From the NCBI GenBank assembly GCA_051362555.1, contig CM120647.1, positions 19,382,651-19,446,650 of the forward strand: a DNA stretch of 64,000 bases. Reading direction: 5' to 3'. Source of the stretch: Lingula anatina (lineage: Eukaryota; Animalia; Brachiopoda). Positions 24,901 through 37,091 of the stretch are shown here, one piece after another. A program made the position numbers and the translations under genes. Positions within the stretch are counted from its first letter, which is position 1; each line of letters begins with the position of its first letter. The notes beneath the pieces were generated by a model that saw only the letters and a program-made list of their open reading frames with translations, had not been told where the DNA came from and did not search any database.

Positions 24901-27900
24901 TTTTAAAATGATCTGGACTATGACAGAAGAAACAGGTTTGTCTTCTACTCAAAATTGGTGTTGCTAATTTCAACACAGTTTCCACTACTTTTTCAAGGTT
25001 GTGCACAGGTGGAACTTCAGCAGATTTAACACTTTCTTTCTTTCTGTTTTCGAAGAGTAAAGAAACATGCTGATAATATTTCACTTTGTTTATAGCAGCC
25101 TCTATGCTGTTTGGTAGTTCTAAACAAGCATACTTTCCAGCCTCCCAGTCTGAACAACCTAAACAAAATTGTGTTATTGCCTCTTTATTACTGAAAGATT
25201 CTGGCAGATCCACATAGGCTGACATTGCTAGAGAAAGGACCCTTGCTGCCCAATCACCGAGAGATTCATTTGGTTGTTGGTAAGAGTGTTGAAATTCTAC
25301 CCGGGCAATTTCAGGCAAAACTTCATCACTAAACCGAGTTTCCAACTTCTGCAAAATTTCCAAATATGAGAAGTCTTTACCCGATTTTGTAAGGCGTGTG
25401 TAGTAGTCTAGAGCATTTCCTTCTAGACTCCATGTTAGATAGTCTTTTGATTGAATATCGGACCAACCATACACTTCTTTATAGCTCTCAAATTTTTGTT
25501 TGAATGATTGCCAATTACTTTGCCAAGAAATTTTACTCAACCTCACCAGCCTAACAGCCATGTTGCTACACGAATGGATGTGCATGTTAACAGCATAAGT
25601 GAGATTACTAATCCACTTGAATCCAATCACAAAATTGGCAATCCTGTACCTCAGTTGTCAACAAACGCCTGTAACATTTCTATACAAACAAGTGAAAGTG
25701 AACTAGATCTTCTAGGAGCTGTCACTAAAACACCTAACCCAGCTGAGCGTGCAAGAAAAAAACCAATTAATAAGAGAGATCAAAATTTAACACCAAAAAC
25801 TCAAATTCACCAGACTGTTGCTTCAAATTCTTACGTAAAACTTAAGCTTGGAGGTTTACCAATCCATGCCCGAGTTGATACTGGGTCGGAGGTCACCATT
25901 CTCTCCACAAAAGTTTACGAAAAATTGAAAAGAAAACCATCAATATTGGGAGATGTTGCAATGAGTCTGGCAAGTGACAATGCAGTACTGAAGGGTTATT
26001 TCATCAATTCTCTGAAAATGAAACTTGGATCCAGTACTTTCCAAACACAGTACATAGCTCCCATTCATGATGAAATGATTTTAGGTCATGACGTTTTACA
26101 AAATTTGGGGGTGATAATTGACATAGAAGCTGGCACTCTTGTTGTGAGGGGTGAAATGATTAAAGTGAGAGAAATTTCAAATAAAGATCAAAAATCAATT
26201 ATAGCAAGGGTGGGGCTAAGTGACTGTGAAAATCACAGATTTAACAGTGTGTCAAATTTTGAATTTTCTTCAGGCAATTCCATCGACCAAATCAAAAAAG
26301 TGAAAGGATACCAGGTTTGTTTGAAGAGTTACATGATAAAACCAACGTCCCAGGTAAAGATCAAAATAGAAAATCCCTCTATTCTGGCGAAAAACCTGTA
26401 CTTGCTGATGACAAATTCCTGGCTGGTGAAGCTATGTCTGATAAAGTGAACATTGTCAGTTGCGCTTGTGATCACAATGACATCAGTTGTTTTGTATTTA
26501 AAGGGAAACTAGGGAGGTTTCAAGTTTTCAGAGAAATGGGCTATCCTAAAGGGAAGGGTAGATTAGATAAACTGGTGGTCATGTTGGAGGCAAAGTGGTC
26601 ATTGCACGTTTTGCAAACACTTTTAAGTGCTACACATAGCTACAGAGGGACGGGACAATCATTTAGTACTGTACAATCAATTTTCTCAAATGTTAGCAAT
26701 TGGCCTTATGATCCTGGTGGGTTTTTGTCTGTTCTTTTTGTTGTAAGATGTCTTTGTCTGCATTGATCTTTCAGGGCTTCTGCAGCAAATTGTGACATTT
26801 GTGGTCAGAATCAGACCTTGTGTTTGGATAATGACAATTGACACTCACAGGTGACAGGGGTCATTCTGCCAGCACAAGACGGAGCAAGTTTCTTGATTGC
26901 AATTAAATGACAGTAACACAATTTCAGCTTCAAGATGATGCTGCTTGTGAGATTGTTTCCTTTTAGTTTAATGTCTTTTTTATGGTCAGATGCTGGTGTG
27001 TCTAGACTTTATCAGATGTATTGTTATCTCTTCAGTCTGTTTCCGTCATTGTTATCTTATATTCCTTTAAGTTCTATTTATTGTCTGACATTGGTGTGTC
27101 TGGGCTGTATCATTTGTATCTTAATATTCGTTTGCCAAATTTACAGTCGTCATTTCTTAATATTTTGTTGCTCTTACTTCATTTTGTTAATCAAATCCAT
27201 GCTCTGTTTTACCATAACCCGACTTTGACATCCCAGATTTCTTATCGATATTTGTTTGCCATTGGTCTTTTGAACAGTTAAGTTGTAATGTTTCTGCTCC
27301 AGTTGGTACACTTTCTGAAGTGAGTATTGCTGCTGCATGTTGGCAGATATTACAGTCACTGTGGTGAAGAAAAGGTATTCATGTTGATATTTTTCTGCAA
27401 ATAAAGTTGAATGGTAAAGTCACTAAACAAGGCATTACGGTTATTTGGAGTTTGGTAGCCTTGGTAACGAAAGTCATATCTTTGAAGTTACTCTTGCTGG
27501 AAATTTGCAATATGGACTTTATTCATCATATTTGTCTTGTTAACTGTTATAAAGATCATTCTGACAAGTATTTTTCTGGGTCTTCATTTAAAAAATCTTG
27601 CCTTTTGAATAGTTCTAGATCTTGGCTTATACATTGTGCAATGAAATTCCAGTGATAGGACTTAACTTTTGGCAAGTGCAGAGGTAACACTTATGAGTGA
27701 CGTGAACGTTTTGGTTTGTATTTGAAAACTTGTGATTCAAGCTGTATGGTATATATTGGAATCCGGAATCCTTATTACCATGTTTATAACGTGCAAGTGT
27801 CTATCTGGAATGTTACTGAATGGTCTGTAAAAAGGGGATATGTTACTGCTGGATTATAGCATTGAGGGACAGGAGTTTAGATGGACTAAGGATGTCTTAA

Positions 27901-30900
27901 GGTGAATGACAGGTGCATCTAAAGTGGTCTAATTGCTCATGCGGTAGCAGGTAACCCTAATTTCAGAAGGTTGTTTCATGAAAGTCTATATCTCTGAAAG
28001 GTGTTTCATTTCTGTTAATTACAATTTAAACCCTGGAGATTGAATGGATTTTGATTAGTTGACTGTTATCTCTGTCTGGTAGCTATATGTACATTTGGCC
28101 TTACTTTTTATTTTAAGGGGTAGGGATACTGGTTGTCTCTTTATGTGTGAAGTGAACTTGGATGATGGTACTGTAAGGACATGCTGCAGCCACTGGGGTA
28201 ATGTCTAGTTGCATGTTTGGTTGTAGCCAGAGAGGGAGACTAAACGGTTATCTAACCAGTGATCTTAACCTATATGGGCAACATCTGTACTGTGGTTACC
28301 GTATAGTGTAACAGATTTATATTGTTGCACTCTAAAGAACAGTGTAGGAGATTTTACATCACTGCACTTAGCTCATATGTGACAGATATTATATCGTTAC
28401 TGAGCTTCAATCTTTAGTGATAGATCAAGAGTGTGACGGTATGTCATGCAGATAATTGTCATATGACAGGCATTGGTCCTTTACTGTCTTTGACTTTATC
28501 CTCTAATGATCATTCACTTGGATTGTAAATATTCCCAGAGTCACAGTGATGAATCAAGAGTGATGCCTGTGTGACAGTTATAATATTGTCATGCTGGAAT
28601 GGCAGAAGCCATGAGACGTCATTCTCAGAATTTGTCAATTGTGTTCTCTGAATTACAGGAATCTTTTGTTTTGTTTTTGTGGATTCCTGTGTAAATAATT
28701 ATTTTTGTCCATGCTGGAGTTATTTTTGTTTTTGTAGACTCAGTCTTTGTAAATATGTAAAGTAACTTTGTTCATATTGGAGTCATTTGTTTTGATTTTG
28801 TGGACTCCCTTGTAAATCTGTACATGTACCGTTTCTTTGTGTAAATATCTTTTTAACTTGTATATATTTCAAGAATTTCAGGTGAGCACCGCTGGAATTG
28901 CTAAGGAACTGCTTGAATGATTCTATCAGGAAAAACTTGAAGTAAACTCATCTCTTTCAAATAAAGAGGGGAGGAGTGTTGTGATTGTGCCGGAAGCACT
29001 CCCCGAACTACGGAGACGAGTCTAAACCACCTGGCGGGAGTGCAGTATATTAGTAGACTAAGAGCAGTTCGAGCCTCGACGCGAGAGGGTGCGGACTCGC
29101 CTACACACCTTTCTACGACTACTGTATATACCCACACAGTTACACAAGGAGCTTCGACCTGTGAATACGGAGAGCGGATCTGGCGACGTAGAGCAGAGCT
29201 AAATAAGGACACTCGGTGCGAGGAGAGGACACACGAGCCTCGAACGGAAGACAGATAGCTCGCATAAACACTTTAGTAATTTTTGCTTAGATACTCCTGC
29301 AATTATCTCGAAGTCAAAACGTTTGCCTGAGTTCCCCCTCTTGTACCCCGCTCCCATTGCAAACGCACGCACACAAAAAAACACTAGAGCCTGCTCATTT
29401 GCACTAAGATGTAATTTACTTGTGCTTTTACAGTGCTGTAAATGACAATTTTTCATTGTATTTATTTATTTTTGTATGTACAAAATAGTTAGAATATGAC
29501 TTTTTATGAAACCTTTGAAGTCTCTGCACTCTGAGAACTCAGATCTCTATAATAAAGGCTCAGCAGTATAAATTTAATAGGATACTGATAAGATGTCTTG
29601 AGCTAAGTTGTTATATATATCCTGTTTTGCCAGTTATGTTATGTTATGTTATGCCAATTTTACCCTAGCTAAAAAATATCCCCTAGCTGAAAAGTGTATC
29701 AAAGTTTATGAAGAACTTTTCGAGGTTTCCAATGAGGCACCTGCAAACAAACAGAGAAGAAAACATACTCCAGTAATCTATTTTTGAGCCAATATTATGG
29801 CAATTTTCTCTCAGTAACACTAATTCTGTTAAACTAGTACTGCACTAGCTATGCTAGCTTCACCTGCGCCACACAATCAGAATAATATTGTTCCTCAAAT
29901 AAGCCAAAGAACAAAATACGGTAGACCACCAAACAACAATCATAAACTACAGTTAGGAACTGCGTGCCTCAGTGTATATTGTTGGAGTGCAGCTGAGCGT
30001 GTTTTATGAAAGGAGTGTTATGCAGCATTGTTTACCTGAAGTTAGGGGAGGTTGGGGGAAATTGACCTGTGTATTTGATGAACTTGGGTTTATGCAGTTT
30101 GTTGTTAAGACATCAAGGTTACCATCTGTATGGAAAAAAACATGTCCAGTATCTAGGCCATGGAGTACGTAGTACCAACTTCGTGGTTATAATAATGAGC
30201 AAAGTCAAGGTTTCCATCTTCATAGGGAAAAAAGTCCAACACTTAGGGATTTATAGGAAATTAAGTGTTGTGCCAAAATCTTCAGCTTTGTAGGAATTAA
30301 TGGAGTCCATATCCAAGGTATCCATACCAGATTACTTCTTACAAAACTTAATTATTATTTCTCAAACCAGACACCATAAGACACCAGAATCCATAAGAAA
30401 ATATAGCTTTTCATGAATAATTATGATTTTATTCACACCTTTATTTGGAGAAATTGTAAAGCACCACGTAACAAGATATTGAAGCCTAGTAGTCACAATA
30501 TCATTGACACTCAGCTATGTATTTTTTTTTTTTAGTTCAGTATAACCCCAAAATTTTAAAAAAGAAATACAAAACAAAAACCACACACACAAACAAAAAA
30601 CAACAACAACAATAATATCACACAAAGCCCACTTGTAATCCAACCAAACGTGGCGTGCACAGTGTCTTTGACAGTGAAGGTATCACACATATTTCACCTA
30701 CTGATGATAGTGTTTTAAGTGTTACAATCACAGTGCAGCATAGATAACATTCCAGACTGATGGCTATAGCCACGGAGCTGCCATACTTAACACACGGTAC
30801 AGTAGTGCTCTCTTGTACCATGAAATATCTATCTGCAGTAAGGAAGATAAAACCATGTCTGGTTTATTTTTACTGATGTCACAGAAATTAGGAAAGTAAA

Positions 30901-33352
30901 CAGTTCCGTAGCAGTCCATCTGACAGATTGATTTACAGGTTGTTGTCTGTTTTTGACAAAAGGAAAAATGATAGACCTGTTCACTTGACAATATGAATCC
31001 TGAACTTTTTTTGATCTTGGCTGATTTTTCAACTTCTCGACTGACATATTCCAACAAAATGTTTAAGATATATTTTAGCATTTTAACATTAAAATACAAG
31101 AAAAAAATAATTCCATTTTAATTGGCAATTAAAGCAGCATTTCACCACATGCTCATGAGTCATAACCATTCCAAATAACAATAATAATTATCACTATTAT
31201 GATAAAACATACATATGGTCTTACAGTATGAAGTTTACAAAATATAGTATAAAATAGAAACAAGATAAATAAAAAAAAAAAAACAGAAAACCTACACCAA
31301 ACACCTTCACTGTCACCACTACAAGTGGGAGTATCTATCTCTATGTCCTGAATAAGTGCACCATTATATCATTTTGTCACAATCTGTATCTATTTTTGTA
31401 TCCTTTTCCTGTCTACTGTGGACCACCCATATGTAATGAGTTGGGGTTTTTGTACATAAAGTAGGTGTAGGAAATGATGTAGCAATAAACTGTCCCTATC
31501 ATCTCTGTTCTGCAAATATGCTTTTGGATGAAATGACTCTGTTTTAAACAGCCCAGTATAATGTAATTAAGTTTGCCTAATTTACATCAGATATGTATTA
31601 CTGTTACGCAGCTGTGCAGTTAGCCAAGATAAAAGGCAGTAAAAAAAAAAGAACAATGCAGAAGTAAAAAAAAATAAAGATGAAAATAAGATTTAAAAAA
31701 ATGTATCCAGAATAAAAATTAAACAAATGGTAATATTTTTTAGTAATTCATAAGCAAGAACTTTGAAGTAAAGGGGCTATTATATGTATATAATTTATAT
31801 TATAAATTGTTTGATTAATGAATTACTAGTAGCTATTTAACTCTGATGTTTTATGTAACGGGATACCAAAAGCAAAATTTCATCTTTAGTTTAAAAAAAA
31901 AAATCTTTGTTTTTCAGAAATGCCAAATGCAATGGCCACTTTGGTTGCCACGCAAACAGTATGGGAAAGGCTATTGTTATTTCAGGAGGAAAAACACCAA
32001 AGTTTTTGGGAGGTTGTTTAATTGGATAGGAGGTGAGTAATAACAGTTACAAAAAACTCATGTAACTTTAACAGATTCTTGATGTGAAAAAGGGAGGTTT
32101 CATTAAGTGTTACATACATATATATCAGGGCCGTAGCCTGAGCAAAATGCCAGGGGGGGCAGTAAGCGGACACGAGGGGGTGAAGCCCCCGAGGAGGGAG
32201 GGTGTGGGAGGGGGTGTGGAAATTTTTTTAGAACTGTATGTATAATACTGCATTCTGGTGCATTTTAACTGTTATTTTTTGCTCAATCAGAAGTCAGAAA
32301 TTGTGGGTTCATTTTGCCATAAGTACAGTCATTTTTTCAACACAACACGCCAATTGGACTTCATTTCTTAGATTGTCTCAGGATCAGAAATAACGTTTCT
32401 TCCTCTGTGGACAAGCAAGAGAGCCAATCCGCTAAGTACACACAAGTAAACAGAACACCTTTGTAAACAGATTGTTGAATGATTGTCTAGTGGCCATGAG
32501 TGCATTTTCTCACAGAATTGATACCAACATCGCAAAATTTTTTTTTTTTACCTTTGCGATTATTTTTTGGCATCTCAAATCCCAGGGGGGGCAGCTGCCC
32601 CCCCCTCCCCCCCCCCCCCCCTCTCCCCCAGAGGCTACGGCCCTGTATATATAAGAAGTAATTTAGAGATCTGGAATAATTGCTCAAGATTTCAGACCTT
32701 CAAAACAAAACTGCATTTTGTGATTTGGAGCCACAATTTAATAATCCAATTCTATCACTAACTTGTGAATCAAAGTCACAAGCAGTTTTCATTTATTAGG
32801 CCTGTTAATTGTTTCCTTTTTCATCTTGTATTTATTATACTACTACCATATGTTGAAATACAAAAGGTAGAATACTAGTAAACAGATTTGGCTTGGGCAA
32901 TGTTTTGCAGCTGAAGTATGCAGTGTTCTACTAGTTCATTAACTTAGTATTAACAGCACACAATTGAAGTTCTGTGTCAAGTTGATGTTTTTCAAGGAAT
33001 AAACTGCCTATAAAACTCATCAATTGAACATACATCACGGATAGTGTACATACCAATGCTAGTTAAAAGATCAAGGTTTATCTGTTTGAGGAAACACTTT
33101 CGACCCCCTTCTTTGGGTGGTGCATGTTAAACTTGAAGGTAAAAACTTTAAATTGCTGCAATCACGCACCTTGAATACAAATTAATGAAGGTTATCCAGG
33201 TGTATATAAACTTGGTACAGAGATTAAAGGAAAAGGGTTTGTTGTTTTAAAATTAATGTGCTTTTCCTCACATTTCGAGTAAGCTAACAAAAATGTAGCA
33301 ATAACATGCTAGCTGTAAAACATGACAAGGACTTTGATGAAGGTTCTCCTTC

Positions 33353-33383
<31 letters not shown>

Positions 33384-35030
33384 TTTTCAAAATAGTGAGT
33401 TGTAAATTTCTGAGTTGTCAAGGATTTGAATGATCTAATGAAATACTTCTGAACGAAATTACTCTATATTTCCTTTTAAGCCATGACTTTCTCAAAAAAG
33501 ATGGGCTCAAGATCTTGAATAAACGTACTTGACAATTGTGTGTCATGCATATTTTTATTATTATACTTTGGGGGGAAAACATCTGCATAATAGATTAATT
33601 GTTTAAAAAGTAGTATATCTGCATCATATTATTTCAACATTCCACAGAGTCAGAGTATATATTTGGTGGCAGGGTCAGACAAGAATTTTGTTGTATGACG
33701 AATGATTTGTAACACACAACATTCTATTAAAATTACATACCATACCAGTATAGCAGATATCATTTAAAGGCAGCCTGACACATAAAATGACTTCCATGCC
33801 ATCATCACCTGTGAAGGCTTACTGCATGACTCTTAATAATAGGTTTAAGTATTATATATATTACCAGTGTGAATGGCCATTACATATGCTATTCAACATA
33901 TTTCATGTGGAAAACTTAAATTTTTCTGCAGCCTTACGTGAAATTATTATTACAACCTAGCTATACAAAGCGACTCATCATATACCATAATTCCTCAATC
34001 TTTTCAATGGAATAAATTGATAAATTTACAGATGCTGTATTTCAAAGCATAAAGTCTCAAGATTGCTGTTGGAGACAACTAAACCGAAAAACAGGCTACA
34101 TTTGTACCTTATAGTTCTTTTCTATACATAAAATGTACCACAATTGCCTCACAGAAACATATTAATTTTAATGTTTCTAAAATTATGTATCTGAAAAATT
34201 GATAATTATTCCCCATTGAAAAGATGGAGTCTTATTACTGTAAGCTACACCGCAACTCACCTTTAATAAGATTAGATATTACCTTAAGTTTGTATCATAA
34301 ATACGGATGAGATTTTCAACATTTCAGTCATGAAAATTTCACATTAAGCTACCCAGGAATTTCATGCAGGGGATTGTCTGTTTGTGTTCGAGTTTTACTA
34401 TGTTTAACAAGTCATAAATTGGTGAGGAGAGGGAAATATGTCACATCTCTGTAACATTTAGAAGAACTGTCATGTGTAGGTGGGGGGGGGGGGGTCCAAA
34501 AGGGATGGGATGAGGCCATCATGAGGGGGTCAAAAATGTCCCTTCTGAGTAAAAATGTGAACTAGGTTTAAAGCCATTTCTCCTGTTGGGTCAACTAAGA
34601 GAGTTAAAGGTCCACATTTTCTGCAAAAGAAACCCCACCCCCATTCGCATTGCTGACTACAGCCCAGTAATATAAAGTGTCATTGTCATCAGCAGACTGA
34701 TGGAATGTCTTTGAAGTGATATGAACTTACAGTGAACTTAGATGCCCACAGCTGGAGTATGGCATGTCTGATATGATGTAGAAATGTTCAGTTGATGAAT
34801 GGTCTGTTGTTATTAGTGCAGAAGAGAAGTAGCTGGACTCCTGTATAAGTATGTTAATTCAGCCCCCCTCCCCCCCAAACTGCCTGTCTCTCACTCTTTC
34901 TTGACTTATGGCCCATGGAAACCTGAGTGTCTATTTGCTCTCTCTCTCTCTCTCTCTCAGACACATACAGTACACACAAATACACAGACACATGCCCTAG
35001 CTTTCTCTCTTTCTCTCTCTCTCTCTCATA

Positions 35031-35065
<35 letters not shown>

Positions 35066-37054
35066 ATTTCTCTCTCTATCTTATATCCCCTCTCTCTCTC
35101 ATACCAATACATACCCATACACAGAAAGACATACAGAATTATATTTGCAACAGTGTTAATAGAAAAAGGAAAGTAAAAAAAGGCTCTTGAAAATTAACAG
35201 TGCAGCACACCCAACCAGACAGGAATGGTAATTAACCACATAGTGCTGATATTTGTTTTGTCTAAGCACAGCTCTGGTATGTGAAGTGGGGTTCACCACA
35301 CAGCTCTGAGTCCCCCCTCACTCTCCCACTACAGCAAATACAGTCTCTGTTGATATAGTACTGCTGGATGGATACCAAGGGGCCGTATCACAAGAGACAT
35401 ATATTTGCCCAAAAATTGGTTTAAATATTATGTCAGTAGATGCAAGTCAAAGGGTGCTTTCCCAGAGATTTAGATCGATCTAGAGATTAAGATTTAGATC
35501 GACCTAACTCCCTGGGGGTTCACGCTAAATTGCAGTCAGCCAAGCGGGCACCAGAGTTAATTACCCCCTTACAGCTTTTAGTAGGCGGGACAGATGCTTA
35601 AGCCGGCCAAGCTGACAGTAATCAAGTGAGACTCCCCACAGGGATAGATCGATCTAAGAATCTATGGAAATGGGGTGAAATTGTGTATACTGGTATTTTG
35701 TTTTGTCCAGTTTTAGTTAAAAACAATTAAACTATTTAGGAAAGGAGAAATTTTATTTAAATAGATCACATATTTGACAGAATATACAGATGTTATGACT
35801 TCGGACATTTCGTCTCTCTCACAAAGATTTCTACAAGGAACAAATTGTCACTGTTAATTGTCATATGACAGACAACAGAAAATTGTCCACCATGAGTTTT
35901 ATTCTGAAACATTAGTCATGATTGTCCTCATATAAAATGGATAGATTACTTCATGTAATAAAACTAATACTGTTTTAAGCTTGACATTAACTTAGGTCAA
36001 AATATATATTGAAGTAGTGGTCTAAAAGTTAGACAAATTTTTAGGCTGACAATCTTCTGTGAAACATTTACCCCAGAACTATACATATTTTTTGCCCCAG
36101 GCCAATTTCTAGATCAAATATTCTCTACCATTTCTTTATTGTAAAGGCTGAGTACAGACATGTTTTCCTTTCTATTTGTTTTGCAAGCTCTACCTTTATT
36201 TGTTGAAGTATCAGTTTGTTGACTGGAGTCACTTGATGATTGTGAGAACACTGTTTACTTCTCATAAAAAGTGACTGATAGTCCAGTGGCTTAAGGCAAA
36301 AAAATGGCCGAATCGTGACACGGCGGATAAAAGCACCAAATTTTACATGTGGTTACCTTTTGATATACTAAATCAAATTAGAGCCGTAGCCCACGGAAAA
36401 AAATTACCGTTTGGCCAAAAAATCCAAAATGGCCGCCAATTTGTGAAATTCCGTAGAAATATATACATATTTATGTTGATTTTTATCAAATAAAGTATTT
36501 TCTCAATGTTTTCCACATCCTTATTACCCATATTATGCATATATGTCATAGAACAAACGAGTGTCCTTGGACTTTTTGAAAAACCCAAGATGGCCACCGT
36601 ATGGCATAGGAATACTAGAACATGTACAAGGGTTTTCAACTAATGCCAACTAGGAAGATGCATTGCCCACTATCTAATTAATTTTGTTTTTGAGTGCCAT
36701 ATCACAGAAATGATATATTTGTGGTGAGTAACTAACCTTTATTCTCAGGCATTTCGAGAAAAATCCAAGATGGCCACCATATCAAAGGAACACTATACAT
36801 GTAGTATACACATAGGGCTTCTTCTGCCATGGAGATATAATATTAATGGATAAATAAGGCTTGTTTCTGATTATTTTCCACATCCTTTTAAACCACATAA
36901 TGTATATTTGATGAGATTGTTATATGTATCCTTTTTGAAAACAAAACAAAACAAAACAAAATGGCTGCCATTAGCCATAGAAGGTGGGGTTCAGTTAATA
37001 CCTGCGAGAGATAGGCTTCCAAACAAAATGAAACTAAATTCAGTTGATTTTCTT

Positions 37055-37091
<37 letters not shown>

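Larger units (their letters stand above)
22162..29275 (+). mobile_element. Gypsy-type LTR retrotransposon, non-autonomous (gag-protease only), in PAF-AH intron 1
   Basis: Two 299-bp LTRs. 4-bp TSD GTAA (22158-22161 and 29276-29279). PBS at 22462-22474, PPT at 28959-28976. gag with CCHC knuckle and aspartic protease. No RT, RNase H or integrase motifs found. Confidence 0.92.

Noticed and set aside
24701-25630. 309-aa minus-strand ORF as an independent antisense gene
   Set aside because: It is simply the inverted copy of gag and has no promoter or start context of its own.
26770-28958. Possible env or degenerate pol in the 3' part of the LTR element
   Set aside because: Only short low-complexity ORFs; no YxDD, RNase H, HHCC/DDE or convincing glycoprotein features seen by eye.
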